Origin: the human T2T-CHM13v2.0 reference genome, Homo sapiens
Assembly: GCF_009914755.1 (NCBI RefSeq)
Contig: NC_060929.1
Reading direction: 5' to 3' (one strand)
DNA: 64,000 bases
Below the pieces are notes generated by a model. It was not told the DNA's origin. It did no database searches and worked only from the letters and a program-made list of their open reading frames with translations. Of the stretch, positions 29,681 through 43,234 are shown in pieces. Position numbers and translations under genes: made by a program. Within the stretch, counting starts at the first letter, position 1, and every line of letters starts with the position of its first letter.

Positions 29681-30588
29681 TTCAGAAATGCAGCTAAAAA
29701 AAAGAGAGAGAGGAAAGAGACCTGGCTTAGTTGCAGGGAGTAAGAGAAAGCAAGACGAGGTGGTAAAGCAGGATCCAAAACCAAGTAGGACATTTTAGGG
29801 CACATTTACATGTTGACTTTTCATCAGGATGCCCTTCACTTTATTGTTTTAACTTTAATGACACTGTCTTGTTCCAATGTATTTTATGTTTACATTCTAT
29901 TCATGACATGGGATTTTTACTTAGAGTAGTGACAGAGTTTTTCTGAAATACATATTTAACTTTTTTTAAATCAAATTAGAGAAACTATTAAATAAATCTT
30001 GTGCAGGTGTTGGACACATGTGGCCAAAACTATGAATGGCTGGAATTTAGGAAACTCTGGCATAAGAAATAATAATGTTCTTACATAATTTCAATACTGG
30101 TAAGGACATTTAACAATATTGTGGTTTGCCAGGAAATTTCCATCATTACATTACTGTCCTCAAACTCTCCTCAAAACAGATGTTGACAACAGTTTCTGGC
30201 TCAATTCCTTGTGTATATGATGAGAGCTTGTGGGATACAGGCACTTCATGAGTACTAAAAATATAGTCTGAGGAGATGAGTAAAATTAACAAGATCTGTC
30301 TCATTTTACTTTTTAAAAAATAATTTTAATGTTAAAAAAACCACTTGCTATTTTTTCTAATTATAAGGTATATAATTCATGATCTAGAATTTGAAGACAA
30401 CAGAAAACTATTTTTTAAAAATCCCACAACTCTTTGATAAATGAATGCCTACATTGTTTTTTTAATTTTTCAATGAACTTATATTCATAGATTATATACA
30501 CATACAATTCATATCACAGTTTGTCCAATTTTGTGTTTTTAAAACCTCAGATTATAATGAACATTGTTCTATGCCATTAAAAATGCTT

Positions 30589-30783
30589 CCCAATAGCAAT
30601 GAGCACACTTAGTGCCCAGATCTTGTCATCTAATACTATTCTCAAGTAAAAGAAAACAGGAATCCTTGAAAACATGGCTATTTCTAAGACTAGAGCAGGA
30701 AATATATAAGAAGAGCCTGGACAGTCTAATGGGACCGTAAAGAAGGAAGGAAGTGCTCCAGAAAACATACACACATACACACA

Positions 30784-30828
<45 letters not shown>

Positions 30829-31719
30829 GGGAGTATATCAAAGGGGCACTGGGTCGAAATGAAAGCGTTCCCAATGGCCTGTGCCAGAACAATCTGAGCA
30901 AAGAAATAAATACAGTAATATTGGGTTATAATCCAAAGTATAAAATAAATATCCATTAGTCCACACTGATATAAATATATGATTGAATAAATAATGGGAG
31001 AGAATAGACAACTCTGTGCTGAATTCCAAATAATTTATGTAAATACTCAACCTTCAAAGAGGTGGGACTTAACTTTTCACCTTTTAAGGATAAGCTGTGC
31101 ACAGTGACTTCCCTCCAAAGACTACAGTATGGAAAATGGGGTGGGGTGAGGGCAGGTAAAGTGCTGAATAACTTTACAGTGGAGAAACCTGACAAATGCT
31201 ACCTCAGCCAAGCAATCAAGGTCAACATTAACAGTGATAAGTCATGTTGATAGTACGTACCCTCAATGTGATGTGATGAGAATGGCACTTTCCCTTTGGG
31301 GTTTCCTCCCAAAAACCCATGACTCCAGTCTAATCGTGAGAAAAACATCAGATAAATCCCAACTGAGAAACATTCTACAAAATATCTGACCAGTACTCCT
31401 CAAACCTATCAAGGTCATCAAAAACAAGAAAAGTTTGAGAAACTGTCACAGCCAACAGGAGCTTAAGGAGACATAACTAAATGTAATATAGTATCTTAGA
31501 TAGGATACTGAAACATTAGGTAAAAACTAACGAGACCTTAATAAAGTATGGACTTTAAGTTAATAATAATGAATCCATGTTGGTTCGTTAATTGTAACAA
31601 ATGTACTACAGTCATGTAAGCTACTAATAACAGGGGAAACTAGGTACAAAGTACATGGGAACTCTCTGCCCTATATTTGCGATTTTTCTTTAAATATAAA
31701 ACTGTTCTAAATAAAAGTT
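30589..31719 (+). mobile_element. L1MC-family 3' UTR fragment containing (CA)n at about 30766-30824
   Basis: aatagcaatgagcacacttagtgcccagatcttg...cagtggagaaacctgacaaa...aataaaagtt. 14-bp TSD CATTAAAAATGCTT at 30575-30588 and 31720-31733. Confidence 0.85.
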
Positions 31720-31764
31720 CATTAAAAATGCTTATCAAAATATTTTGAAAACATTTTTAAATGA

Positions 31765-33171
31765 TGCTCAATTGGTAGTGATACCTTGTCAACAATTAAC
31801 CCCTGAGGAAATCTCTGTCCCAACAGAGGCTACATACAGAACTGGGGGATTCAGATCCACTGGTACAGGTAGCTTAAATCCTGGAGCCAAAATATGGGTA
31901 GAGTGTCCATCAGATCCCGCCCCTAAGGCTGGTGACCTTGTAGCTATGGGAGCAGAAAATGAAGGCATAGTACAATTTCCTAAAGATTAAAAACAATATC
32001 ATGTTCTCCTCCATTTTTGTTATTACAGGGAATAACCTATCTACTAATGATCAGCACCTGTGTCTTTGTGTCTGAGGCCAAGAATAAATTCATCAACTGG
32101 GTAGCCACTACAGCAGAAGAAGCCAACCACAGTCAATGTTGACTACGCGTCAAGTTGCCAGAGGCCACAGGAAATGGACTACCTTGGAGAATCATCCCTG
32201 CCAACATTTCTGAATGGCTATGTCACTACCAATGGGGCCACAACAACAACACTTGCAACCCAACCTGGACTTCCTTTGACCAAAGGAAGAAATCTATCTT
32301 TGCCCATGTCAGACGAAAGGTGAACACCACCCTTGCCTTGTGTCAAAAGCTTTGGTATCCTGCCCAATATGCCTGGAACAGTATATATTGGGAAACTGCT
32401 GTGCTGGTGGCCAGATTCCATATAGCCCCCCACTTTGTCTGGAGGCCTTAAATGGCTCCTCTAATGTTACTCTGGGGTTTCTCCTGCCAGACAACTGTCA
32501 ACACATACTCGAAATCAACAACATTGTCCCCAGTGAAACACAATCTCTTTCCTGCTTTAATAACACCTTAATACACTATAATTACAAAAAAACCATTGCT
32601 GTACCCTGGTGGGGGCCCTGTGGGTATGCAGATCCTACGAGTGGCAATACCTGCCCCCACATTGGATGGGGAGATGCACTTAGAGGTGGCCATTAATTCC
32701 ATTCACCATCCAGGATAATATTCCCCTCCCCAGTAATCTGGACTCCCTGGTGGTGGTACCCTATCACAGTATTCTCCCCTGCCGCCGGTACAATCCTGCT
32801 TCAGCAAAAAATTAAAATATTAAGCTTACATGTAGAAGAAGCTCTTAATGATAGTAGCATTGGACTTATGTTGCTATCAAATGAATTTGCTCAGCTGTGT
32901 ACTGTTGTGTTACAAAATCGAATGGCATTAGATATGCTTACCGCAGCCCAAGGAGGGGTTTGTGCCTGACTGCATACTGAATGTTATGTGTATATCCCTG
33001 ATAATTCTCACAATATCACTCTCCTTGAAAAGCCATGGTGGGTGTGGTTTTTATTAATTGTGCTTTTAATTCTCCTGTGCTTATCCTGTATCTGTAATCT
33101 GTATCAACTATGCCTTCCCCATGTATCTGTAAGGGTATTTTTCTACAATTGAGTATCAAATTGAGGCTGAG
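31765..33171 (+). mobile_element. Truncated ERV internal region: dUTPase C-terminus followed by degenerate env (class III, HERVL66-like by recall)
   Basis: AQLVVIPC...YRTGGFRSTG resembles dUTPase motifs 4/5. TM immunosuppressive domain LQNRMALDMLTAAQGGVCA*LHTECY from 32910, with a decayed CX6CC and a hydrophobic TM segment. Confidence 0.85.
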
Positions 33172-33793
33172 TGTGGAGGAAAAGTTAAATATTAAATTTG
33201 AACTCAATTGAACATGACACAAACGATGGTCACCAAGTCCCAGAACAGGTTGTGTGAGCCCCTTGAGGCGCTCATCCAGTGCTGATTCGGAGAAATCTCT
33301 ATTTCAGTCTATTCCTATATGTTAGTTATTTAAAAAAATAGACAATTGCAAAAACAAGTTGACCTTTTTGTGTTCCTTGAGCCCAGTCACAAAGGGTTCT
33401 CGTGACTGGAAATCATGCCAAACAACTCATTACAAAAAGAGTTAGGGTTCCAGACTGCGCAAAAGCATCGTGAGACCTCTCCTCGTCTGTGCATGGATGA
33501 GTGGCCGACTCTGGAGCCCAGGCTATTGATTCCTGGTCTGATGGTGAATCCTCCATAGTCTGGTGAGTGTAAATATATATATGTATACACATATATGTAT
33601 ATGTGTGTGTATATATATATCTTTTCCCTTCTCCCCTTCCCATTGCAATTTGCTTTTGCTTATATCATTTGCTTATTATATCATTTGCTTATTATATCTA
33701 TATTGCCATATACTTGGGATAAAGGCTGTCTACCCTTAAAGGTGCTGTGTGTGTGTCTTTTCTTCTCCCCTCGCACGTTTCCAGCACAGAACA
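33172..33793 (+). mobile_element. 3' LTR of the truncated provirus (LTR66-like by recall)
   Basis: TGTGGAGGAAAAGTTAAATATT...CCAGCACAGAACA, about 620 bp with TG...CA termini, directly after the env stop region. Confidence 0.8.
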
Positions 33794-34729
33794 AATGACC
33801 AGGTAATAACCCAGAGGGTTTACTGTAATTACTTAAGCATTCCTCTATTATTGGAAATGTGAGCAATTTCCAATTTTTCTATTAAAAGTAATGGAGTGAT
33901 AAACAATTCTAAATATATTTTTGGTTCAATTCTTTGATTACAACCTTGCAATAGATTCCTGGAAGTTCATTCTACCTTTTTAAAAAGTTAAAATAACACA
34001 TATTATGCACAGTAGCTAACCCAAAGAAGCTGAAGTCCCATTAGACTGTGAAACTTTTCCGAGGTAGATTCTATTCCTCTAGATAGTAAGGAAAATATCC
34101 GAAATTTGTTCCCAGCCCTATTCATTGATTTCTGCATCCATTCAATAAATATCTGAGTAACTGCTATCCATCAGACAAATAAACTGTTGGAAAGCCATTT
34201 AACCACTTTGAGACCTTGTACTCTGATCCATAATAAACACCAAATGGTCTTCACAGCTGAAGACCATTTCCTGATCCTTGCAATGAAGCAGTACATATAT
34301 GAATAGTATGCAGTGGGCGCTTTATAATAATTTTCTGCAGCACTTGAATCTCCCGGCTACAGTGTGATTCTGTAGCTGAAAAAAAAGATTCCTCCCACAT
34401 TAGCATTTGGTGATTTTTTGAAATGCTTATTTAAAAATCTAATTTCTTTTCTGTAATAAATGATTTTTTGTAGTACTTGCAATCTCCATTTAATTTTGTT
34501 GCACTCTGGTGCCACCTAACGCTCATCTTCTCTGGGACATCTGTGTTTCTTCATCCTTCCATAAATGTTATTTTAAGCCTGGGTGTAACCCTACCAGCAA
34601 AACTTCCCCTGATTGCTTCAAAATGTTCATCTGTCACCAAGCCCTTCAAAATTTGTTGCCACTGTTTCTATGACATCTGATTGTTTCTTCCTAAAATTTA
34701 CAGATCTCTTCAAGAAATTCAACAATGAT

Positions 34730-35150
34730 GTCAATCAGACGGAGTTCTTGTAAATGTTCTCTGCAATGGAGATGTACATCTAGCCAATTTATTGGGGGTG
34801 GATTGGGCTGCCCTGGGAGATACACCCATGAGGAAGTAAGGAATCAAGATTGGACAGAAGGAGAAGTTAACCCACAATGTGGTTTCAAATGAGGCCTCCT
34901 TCAGTCCTACAGGGAGCTCTGGGGCTGGGACAGCAGAGTTTCCCCACATAGAGGCAAGAGGGCTGGGCCTTTATAGCCCCCCATCAACCAGCCACTGGCC
35001 ACTTGGAGGGACATTACTTTGGGAGAGGCTGTGTCCTGAGGCCAACGGCAATGCCTAGTAGGGGCACAGCTGTGAAGCCATCACAGTCCATGTCCCAGCA
35101 GCCAGAGTATGGGCCCATCTCGAGATGATGGGATCTGGGCAGAGACAGGT
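34730..35150. mobile_element. Old ERVL-class LTR (LTR33/LTR16-like)
   Basis: tttattggggg...ggattggacagaaggagaagtt-like...cagggagctctggggctggga...gggcctttatagcccc. Confidence 0.55.
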
Positions 35151-36689
35151 CAGCCTTCACTAACTCTTTGCCTGTTCATTTACCTTCATGAGTCGAGCTG
35201 AAATTAAGGGAATCTAACTCTTGAAAATCAATCCTACAATCCACAGACACATTTTTTTGATCACAGGATCACAGGTGATTTCTAAGAGCACATAGTTCAT
35301 TTCAAGCGTGAAATGGCTAACCAAGCCAGCACCTTCTACCCATGGCTCCAAGCACAGTAACTCCCATAAGGTAAACACTCTGTAAACACCTTAAAAGGAT
35401 ACCAAAAGCATCATTATTCTTAAGCATTACACCCATTTTTAGGAAATGTGAGGAAATCAGACATAAAAATAATATAAAAGGACCAATAATGAGATAAAGA
35501 TGCCCAAATCAGTTCTCAGAACTAAAATCTGAGACAGGACTGCATGGAGGGCTGTGTGCTTAGAAGATTAGAAATCAAGTTAGAATATCTCTATTTGAGA
35601 AAGTGATTATCTCTATTTAACCTTGAAAAATAAATTCCTTGTAAACATAATTGTAGCAATGTGGGAAATTCTCAGCAGGATTACAAAGTAGCTTAATTTA
35701 AAAACCTAAAAACTCAAAAAATTGTGGCTAATTAGCCCCTCGAGATATTACTTTAACAAAATATCAAAACTCTTCAATAAATATTAAAAAAATAAAAAAT
35801 AAAGTTCATTTATGTCAAACAATGTCATCTATCCCTAATTATTCTATATACTACATTAAAAATTAAAAGCTTTTTTCAATCAGTAGACAAATCATATATT
35901 TGTTATTCAATTTGATTTCGCATTATGGGGCATTTACTATGTGCAAAGCATATATGAAGCAAAGGGAGTGACTACAAGTGACTCCTGCTTAGACCTTCCA
36001 TTTTAAGATGTGACAGAAAAATTGTGCAAGTGTACGAAGGCTAAGCCTTATGAAAACATTATCTATGCAGTGCAAGCAGTCTCTGGCTTCCTGAACTGGG
36101 GAAGGTCCAGAGTTCACTAGGAAGCTATGTTTACTGGCTTCATTTGCCCAGAGAAGCAATGTCACTAATGGGAGTTGGTTTCCAGATGAGACCTCCTAAT
36201 GTACTTCTAGCAGCTCCAGCCCAAGTTCTGAGAGCAAGAAATCATGAGGGACAGGACGGTGGCAGAGGAGAACAGGGCAGTTTCCCATTCCCTTGCCAGA
36301 CCCAGAGCCATTCTTCAGCCAAGCTATGGATCAAAGCAAGTCTGTAGTTAGCATCTCATGCCTCCCTTCCCATGCACCTCCATTCAAAGCTCCACTAGTT
36401 TCCAGCCTCTTGTCACCTCCCCCATACTAAGTCCTGTGGCACCCATCCAGGCCCAGGTTGCTGCCACAAATTCTACAGATTGAGCTAAATCACTCTCACC
36501 CACGCCCACTGCTCAAAATTTACAATGTTCTATCCAGAAATTAGAAGGCAAGAACCTAGCTGAGTTAATTCATGCTAAAGTATAAATGGTCATTCCTGAA
36601 GGCTCCAAGAGACACCAGTATAACTTTTAAAGATACCTGCTGCCTCAAAAGTGGAGATGAACGACTATCAGAAGTGATGGAGTGGAGGA

Positions 36690-36830
36690 GAATAAAGAAT
36701 GTGTATTGAGCATTGCCATGTGCCAGGAACTTTCATTGTACCCTCCTAACAGCACCATCAGGTTGGTATGTTATTCCCCCAGATTTACAGAAAAGAAATG
36801 TGAGGTTTAGAGAGGTTAAGACTTACTCAA
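36690..36830 (-). mobile_element. MIR fragment
   Basis: tattgagcattgccatgtgccagg...tttacagaaaagaaatgtgaggtttagagaggttaag. Confidence 0.7.
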
Positions 36831-37599
36831 GCTCTGGAAGACAGTCTGCCTCCACCTCTCTTCCCCATGGGCAAAGTCAACCAGTCCAGTCTCCACCCAG
36901 GGGCAGGCAACTCTCCTAGGCCATTCTTCCCTTGCACTGTTTCTTCTCTTCCTTTGTATTGAAACCACAGATCCCCTTAAAAAACCATCTTCTTGCAAAG
37001 TGTGATGACAGGGACAGTAAAAGAAGCTGAGGCAGCAATGGGTAAACACTACTAAAGCATATTTGTATAATGAAGCTGCTTGCAAGTGGAGTGTGGATCA
37101 GGAACTGCTTATATTCTAGGCTCTGAAAGGAGGAAAAGAGGATGGTAAGTGGATTTATCCCTTGAGCGTCAGTATCTACCTCTCTAAAGTATGTTTTCTA
37201 AGTTCTTTGCTAAAATTCTAGGACTTCATCAATGTGATAGCCTTTAGGTTAACTCAGGTGCTGTTATTTGTACCATAGCTAACTTTAAAACTAGTCATCT
37301 CATTAGCATGGCTTTTCAAATACTAAAATCCATTCAGGAAGAAAAGCATTAAAAACCTAGTTGATATACACTTTAAAATTCCATACTCTATGCTCGTTTT
37401 ATATTAAAAACACAGAAAAACAGTCTCCCTCTCCAAGGCAGTGCTTCAGACCAGCAGCTGAGTCCAGCAGCTCATAGATAGATTTTCTGGATGGCTGATT
37501 ATTCATCTTCCCCACTGCTGCTTATTGACCAAACCCCACGCGGGCACTGGAAATATCTGCCTGCCCACAGCAATTTGATTTGCCTTTAAAGACCCACCT

Positions 37600-38035
37600 C
37601 TCTCCCACTCTCAGCCCACAGTGTTTGGATTGAATGCCCCTCACTTCTGGGTTCCAAAAGACACACATGACCTGTCCAAAGCACCCCCTGGCCACAGTGG
37701 ACAGAGTGAGGGTCCAAATCACTCCCAATGTCACTCACTGCCAAGCATGGTCTTTCCCACAGGCAGGCACAGCTGTGAGGAGGATGTGTGCCTAGAGATG
37801 CTGACAGCCACCAGTAGAGAGTCTGCCTGAGAGAGATGTCCAAAGCGAAGCAATTCTGGGAGAAGGAAAGAAAGAAAGGTGGCAGGGGGTGGTGGGGTAA
37901 AGACAGAGACCTGATGACTGAGGCCTGGATCCAGCCTGCTCTGGGTCTTTTCAGGTGTGACCAATACACTCTCCTTTGAAGCCTAATCCAGGAAGAGTTG
38001 AGCTCCTGTATCTTGCAATGAAAGGCTCATGAACA
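37600..38035 (+). mobile_element. Old MLT1-type MaLR LTR fragment
   Basis: gagagtctgcctgagag...gcctggatccagcc...gaccaatacactctccttt...cttgcaatgaaaggctcatgaac. Confidence 0.5.
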
Positions 38036-40739
38036 GCCCGTCCCTGATGCCTGGGCTCTACTCCATCCATCCTATTAGACATCTCCGTTCCTACCCACCA
38101 CTCCTCAAATGTTCCCAGTATCATGTGGGGAACTACTGTGTGCCTTTTTAGCTCCCAAGCATGGCCCAGCTGGCAGGACATGAGGAGTCAGCCCCAGCAG
38201 CAGCTCAGTCTCCTTGGCCTTCTGTACAACAAGCTTCAGTCCAAGAGGTGTTCACATTCCACCCTCAGCTCTACCCAGCTTCCTTTTCATAGGCTGCTGC
38301 CCCAAGCAGAGAATCGGGCTTCCAGGCAAGGAGCTATAAGTTAGGCCTGTGGTTGGCTTATTTTAAAGGAAGCAATCGTTTGTGCTTCCATTTATCAAAG
38401 CCCAGAGTGCACAAGCACAGATCCATATCCTTCTGAATCATCCACCACCTCTCAGGTTTGAGAACTGCCCTCTAACAAAGCTCTTTCTTCACGGTGATTT
38501 CAGACTGCAGGCTTCTACATTTCCCAGCACATTTATAAGATGGCCATGAAATCAATGAGAAGAAGTGAACAGAGAGCTGAGAGTACACTACTGCTGGTGC
38601 AAACCAGACCAATTGTTCAAGCAGTTGTCGCAAATGAGGTCATTAAGCCTCTGTATTTATCTCCCAAGACACAGGGATTCCCATGGTTTTATTTACTTAA
38701 AAGTGGAATGTCTGTGCTACCTGGTAGTGACATTTATCTTTTACATATATATGCTACCTCCCCATCTAAGAGAAAAAATCTCTGGAGTGCAGGAGTATTG
38801 GGTTCCCAGAATCTAGAACAGATTTTCAATTCCTTATGTGTGTAGGCGGCAGTCAGCAAATGTTGACAACTGAGGAGGATAATCAGAGAGAGCTTCTATT
38901 AGATATCTCAGTCTCTGGCAAAGGAATCTCGCTTCTGAAAGGCCCAGACCCAAAGAAGAGTCTCATATAAGAATGCATAAGAAGGAAACAGAAATCAACT
39001 TCTAGGAAACAGAACCCCATATTAGCAAGAAACTCCAAATTTGGGTTCCCCTCACACCCTGGTCTCTTTGGTAAATGCTGCAGGCTACAGCTTCCTTTTT
39101 ATTTCTGGGCATATCTAGACCTACTGTTAGGAGGCCAGTCTACAGATTTTTCCTCCTAAAAATCAATCCAAGTGCCCTGCAAGGTTCTAGGATAAATAAA
39201 TATGCAGGCCATGGTTGAAATTTCAGAGACTCAAGTTTTAACTTTTATAATGCTAATGGAGCCATCTAATTTTCATAAGAATTGTTACTGAGTCTTCCTT
39301 TTACCCAAGGGTATTAACTGAGGGTTCTGGAGTCCATGGATTGAAAGTCATGAGTTTCCTTCCTTGAGGAAGAATGCACAATTCTGGTTTTGTGTACATT
39401 TCTATGGGGAAAATACCACAACCTTTGTTAGTTTCTGAAAAGGGTTTATGATACCCAAATAGAACGAGAATTACTGTTTAAATCTGTTTACTGTTTGAAT
39501 AGTATAATGTTTACTTGGTCATGACTCCAGTAAAATACTACATGAAGAACAACAGAAAGACTACATCACATTTTTCCATAATAGCAGATAAAAGAATACA
39601 TAGGTTCTTGATACCCTTTAGACTTGGGCATGGCTTCTGTCATGAAAATTTTTACTAGATGCTATTTCCTAGTCCAGATGGCAGTAATGGTTGGATGCTT
39701 AAAGCAGTCCATGTTCATATTGGTCATTGTAGTAGCTGGCTGGGGAGGTCAAAGCAGAGATTGGCAAACCTCAGTCGGGCAGGGCTTGGTACAATTTCTG
39801 ATCACTCATATTTGCTAGATGTGCTAGAATCCATACCCTGAGCGTTCTCAGAATAGCAAGTAGGCTGGCTTATGTTGCCACTTCAATTTTGATTGTGTGA
39901 CAGACTACAGTCTCCATGAAATATTTTGACATTGCCTTCTTTTCCCTCCTATAACATTGTATAACAAATGTAATGGTGAGCTTTAACACACTTTAACTTT
40001 TCCTTCTTGCTTGAGAACATTGCTGCAAATCTGTTTCATAAATATGAATATTGGCTATACATGGAAATATAAAATTTAGATTTTATGTCTGAGAAAATAT
40101 ACAGGAAAATATGAACAAATTAAATCCCCTTTACCATGCTTTAGATCTGTTCAACGGAAAGTCTTCCTAATTAACCCATGATTATGTTAACAAACAATAC
40201 ACATTTTTAAATGTACACCTCCTTATAGAACCCTCTCCAAAGTTTTTCATTTTTTTCCCACCCTAACTTCAGGAAAGAAGTTTAAATCTCCTGAAAATGT
40301 ATTTTTTTATAATTTACAGTTGTAACATCTGGATCACTGAGCTTTATCTAATTTTCATCTCTACCTAGGCTCGGAAATGTGCTGTCTAGGAGAAATCTCT
40401 CCCCTGAGCACTGATAATGAGACATCAGATTGCATTTCTTGCCTTCATTTACTTTCCAATAGTACTCAATAAAAAAGCAATGAAATGGCATGTTTTTCCA
40501 GGGGGAAAGACACTTTCATCCTCTAGGTATTTCTATTTTTGTCGACATTTTTAAAATGTCATATCCTAATAAGGAAAACATAGCTCCAACCTACTTCCCT
40601 ATCTCTTTACAAGACAACTTTGTGAGTACAATGTGGTTCCACACATAGAAGCAAAGGAAAGCTATTCCCAGACTAAGGACATGAAGTCTCCTGAAGATGG
40701 TTCTTCCCTTCAAGGCTGAGCATCTGGGTTCTCAAAATT

Positions 40740-41280
40740 GCTTCAGTCCTTGCTAAAGTCCAAAATCTCCCCAAGATCTGCAAGGTTCTGCATAATCTGG
40801 TCCCTGCCACTAATCCCAGACCCATCTCCCCCAACACACACACACCTTCCCTCTTAATCACCAAATCCCCACTGCCCAGGCAATCTTCCTCTAAGTGCTT
40901 CCTGCTGTGGTTCCTTCTGCCCAGAACTGTCTGCCACATCCCTGCCTTCCCTCCACCCTGAAGAAATCTGACCAACTCCTATTAGTTATTTTCATTCGAT
41001 CCTAAATGCTTCTTCAGGGAAACCTGATCTGATCCTCCCTCTCTCAAGATTGGGTTGGGACTTCTTATCATACAATTCATTCCTACAATTCTCTGTACTC
41101 CTCTGATTCAGTTATCACAATTGTAATTGGTAACAATTTGCATATTTTTTAACGTAATGGATGTTTCTTCTATAAGATCGTAAGCTCTATGTGAGCAGGA
41201 ACTGTCTTATTATCAAGGTATTAACAAGATACTATGTCTACCACAACATAGATATTTCATAAATATTTGAGGAAGGGAGA
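40740..41280 (+). mobile_element. L2 3' fragment
   Basis: aaagtccaaaatctcc...caaggttctgcataatctggtccctgcc...taagctctatgtgagcaggaactgtc...ataaatatttg. Confidence 0.7.
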
Positions 41281-41444
41281 AAGAGAAAGATGGTTACTAA
41301 AATCGTTGGTACTTAATTGGAAGGAGATCTTCCAGCTACACATACATATCTGGGGTTGGTTTATTATATAGAACATTTTAACTGAATATTCTCCCCATTC
41401 CAAGACATCTGGAAAACAGCTACAAGACAATACTCATGAGCAGA

Positions 41445-41912
41445 TGTAGGGGATCGATCAAGGTGGTGGGAGTAATTATAAAGATAAAGTTATAGGAAAT
41501 AGACACGAACCTTCTTGGAAGGCCAGGAGGTTTGCATAGCTTCAGTAAAAGATTTGGCGGAAGGCAGCTGAATTCTCTTAAAAGCTTGGGGTATAGATAC
41601 ACAGGAATGTAGAGGAGTTTATCTAAATAGCTTACTCATGTGGTCCTAAGACCAACAACCTGTGATCATCTGTGGGCACATGACTGCTCTCTACTAGGGA
41701 GGTCGGCAACGTTAATCACCCTTTAGTGGTGTTTACTGGAGACCTTTGTCATTTAATCTGTCCTAAATAAATGTGAACTTCACCAGCTTATTGGGGCCAA
41801 AGCTGCGGACTCAGACAGCAGAGCCCCTTAGCTGCACTGAGAGGCAAAATACCTGTGTCAGTGTATGTCTTTCATCCATCGCTGGGTCAGGGTCTGTGGG
41901 TTGGACCCGGCA
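41445..41912 (+). mobile_element. LTR22-family (HERV-K HML-5) solo LTR
   Basis: TGTAGGGGATCGATCAAGGTGGTGGGAG...GGGTCTGTGGGTTGGACCCGGCA with internal AATAAA. Perfect 6-bp TSD AGCAGA at 41439-41444 and 41913-41918. Confidence 0.88.
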
Positions 41913-41954
41913 AGCAGACCTAGCAGCTTTTCAATATTGAAGAAAGCCACCTAT

Positions 41955-42190
41955 AACATAGCAGTTAGACTCTTGAGTTTTGGAGCCAGTTCTGAGCTCT
42001 GCTGTTTACCAGCTTTGTGACCTTGAGAAATGTCCTCATTTTTTCTAAGCCTCCACTGATTTATCTATAAAATGAGGCTAAGAATTCCCACTGCTTTACT
42101 GTTGTCACAAAGATTAAATGAAGTAATGTCTGCAAATCAATTAAGACAGCAACTGACGTAAGACTAAGATTTCCATGCTGGTATTATTAT
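41955..42190 (+). mobile_element. MIR
   Basis: tttggagccag...ctttgtgaccttgag...atctataaaatgagg...agattaaatga. Confidence 0.75.
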
Positions 42191-42689
42191 TATTAAGAAA
42201 CATTAGAAGTTGTGCCAAATTCAGAAGACATTATCTCATACCTTGCTTTCTCCTTGTTAAAGGAATATACCCCAAATGGACATCTTTACAAAACAACTAG
42301 ATGTTCAGAAAAGAATTTGTTTTCCTGTCCAAAGATCATAACTCCTAGACTAAATATGGAATGTATAGCATTATTTTTCAGAGGAGTTTAACAACATGAT
42401 TTGAAGTCATGATACATGTATAGAACTCACAAGAAGAAAGATCTGAAAATATTCACTTATGAGGTCTCAAAACTGAGCCTGCAAATAAACAAACTAACCC
42501 ACTCTCATTCACTGGAAACTTTTCTTCAACTAATGGTGGCACCTTCCTCTAGCCTTCTCTCCAAAACAATGGAAAGACCTATCAGCAAGGCTGGTGATAA
42601 GGGACAGTCAGACTCAATCACAAATCATGGGTTTGGGTACCAAGCATGTATTTAGCACTGGTGTGGTGATGTGGCCTCACTAATGGTGA

Positions 42690-42900
42690 AGCAGTGGGTA
42701 GCCTGGAAATTATGGCCTTGGTAGCAATCAGATGTCTGTCAATATCTAGCTTTGCCACTTACTAAATATGGACAAAACCAGGACTGCCGAAAAGTTACTT
42801 AGCCTCTCTAAGAATTTCCCATACATAAAATGCAACTAACACTATCTCTTTGTCAAAACTGCTGTGAGGTTTAAGTGAGACAATGTACATAATCTATAAA
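42690..42900 (+). mobile_element. MIR
   Basis: ctttgccacttacta...aagttacttagcctctctaag...gctgtgaggtttaagtgagac. Confidence 0.7.
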
Positions 42901-43234
42901 TGTTTCTTTGAGATGCTGTACATAGAATGCCTAAGAGATAGATATATTTCGTTTATTTCCCCTAAAACTATGCCTTTCAGGGGACAAGAAAGCAGAATGA
43001 CAGAAATAAGATGAGGCTATAGAATACAGAAAATGAAAAATTATAGGACTTTTAACGTATAACATATGTCTAATAATAATATCAATAACAAAAATAATGA
43101 TGGTGATTTAGTAGGGTGCCTTGCAAGGAATAATTTTTTTTTAAGTAGAACTGTCATTTAAAAGTTGCTAGTTACTTGGGATTATATTTTCCTAAACTGG
43201 GTTCCTCAGGCACAACCTACTTCAGGCAGCCTAT

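Noticed and set aside
30577-30959. ORFs with CVCVCV/THTHTH tracts (also 3074-3262)
   Set aside because: Translations of (CA)n microsatellites.
32155-32696. env fragments as a possible domesticated syncytin-like gene
   Set aside because: Multiple frameshifts and stops (including a TGA right after the ISD), no signal peptide or start, and no 5' LTR promoter.
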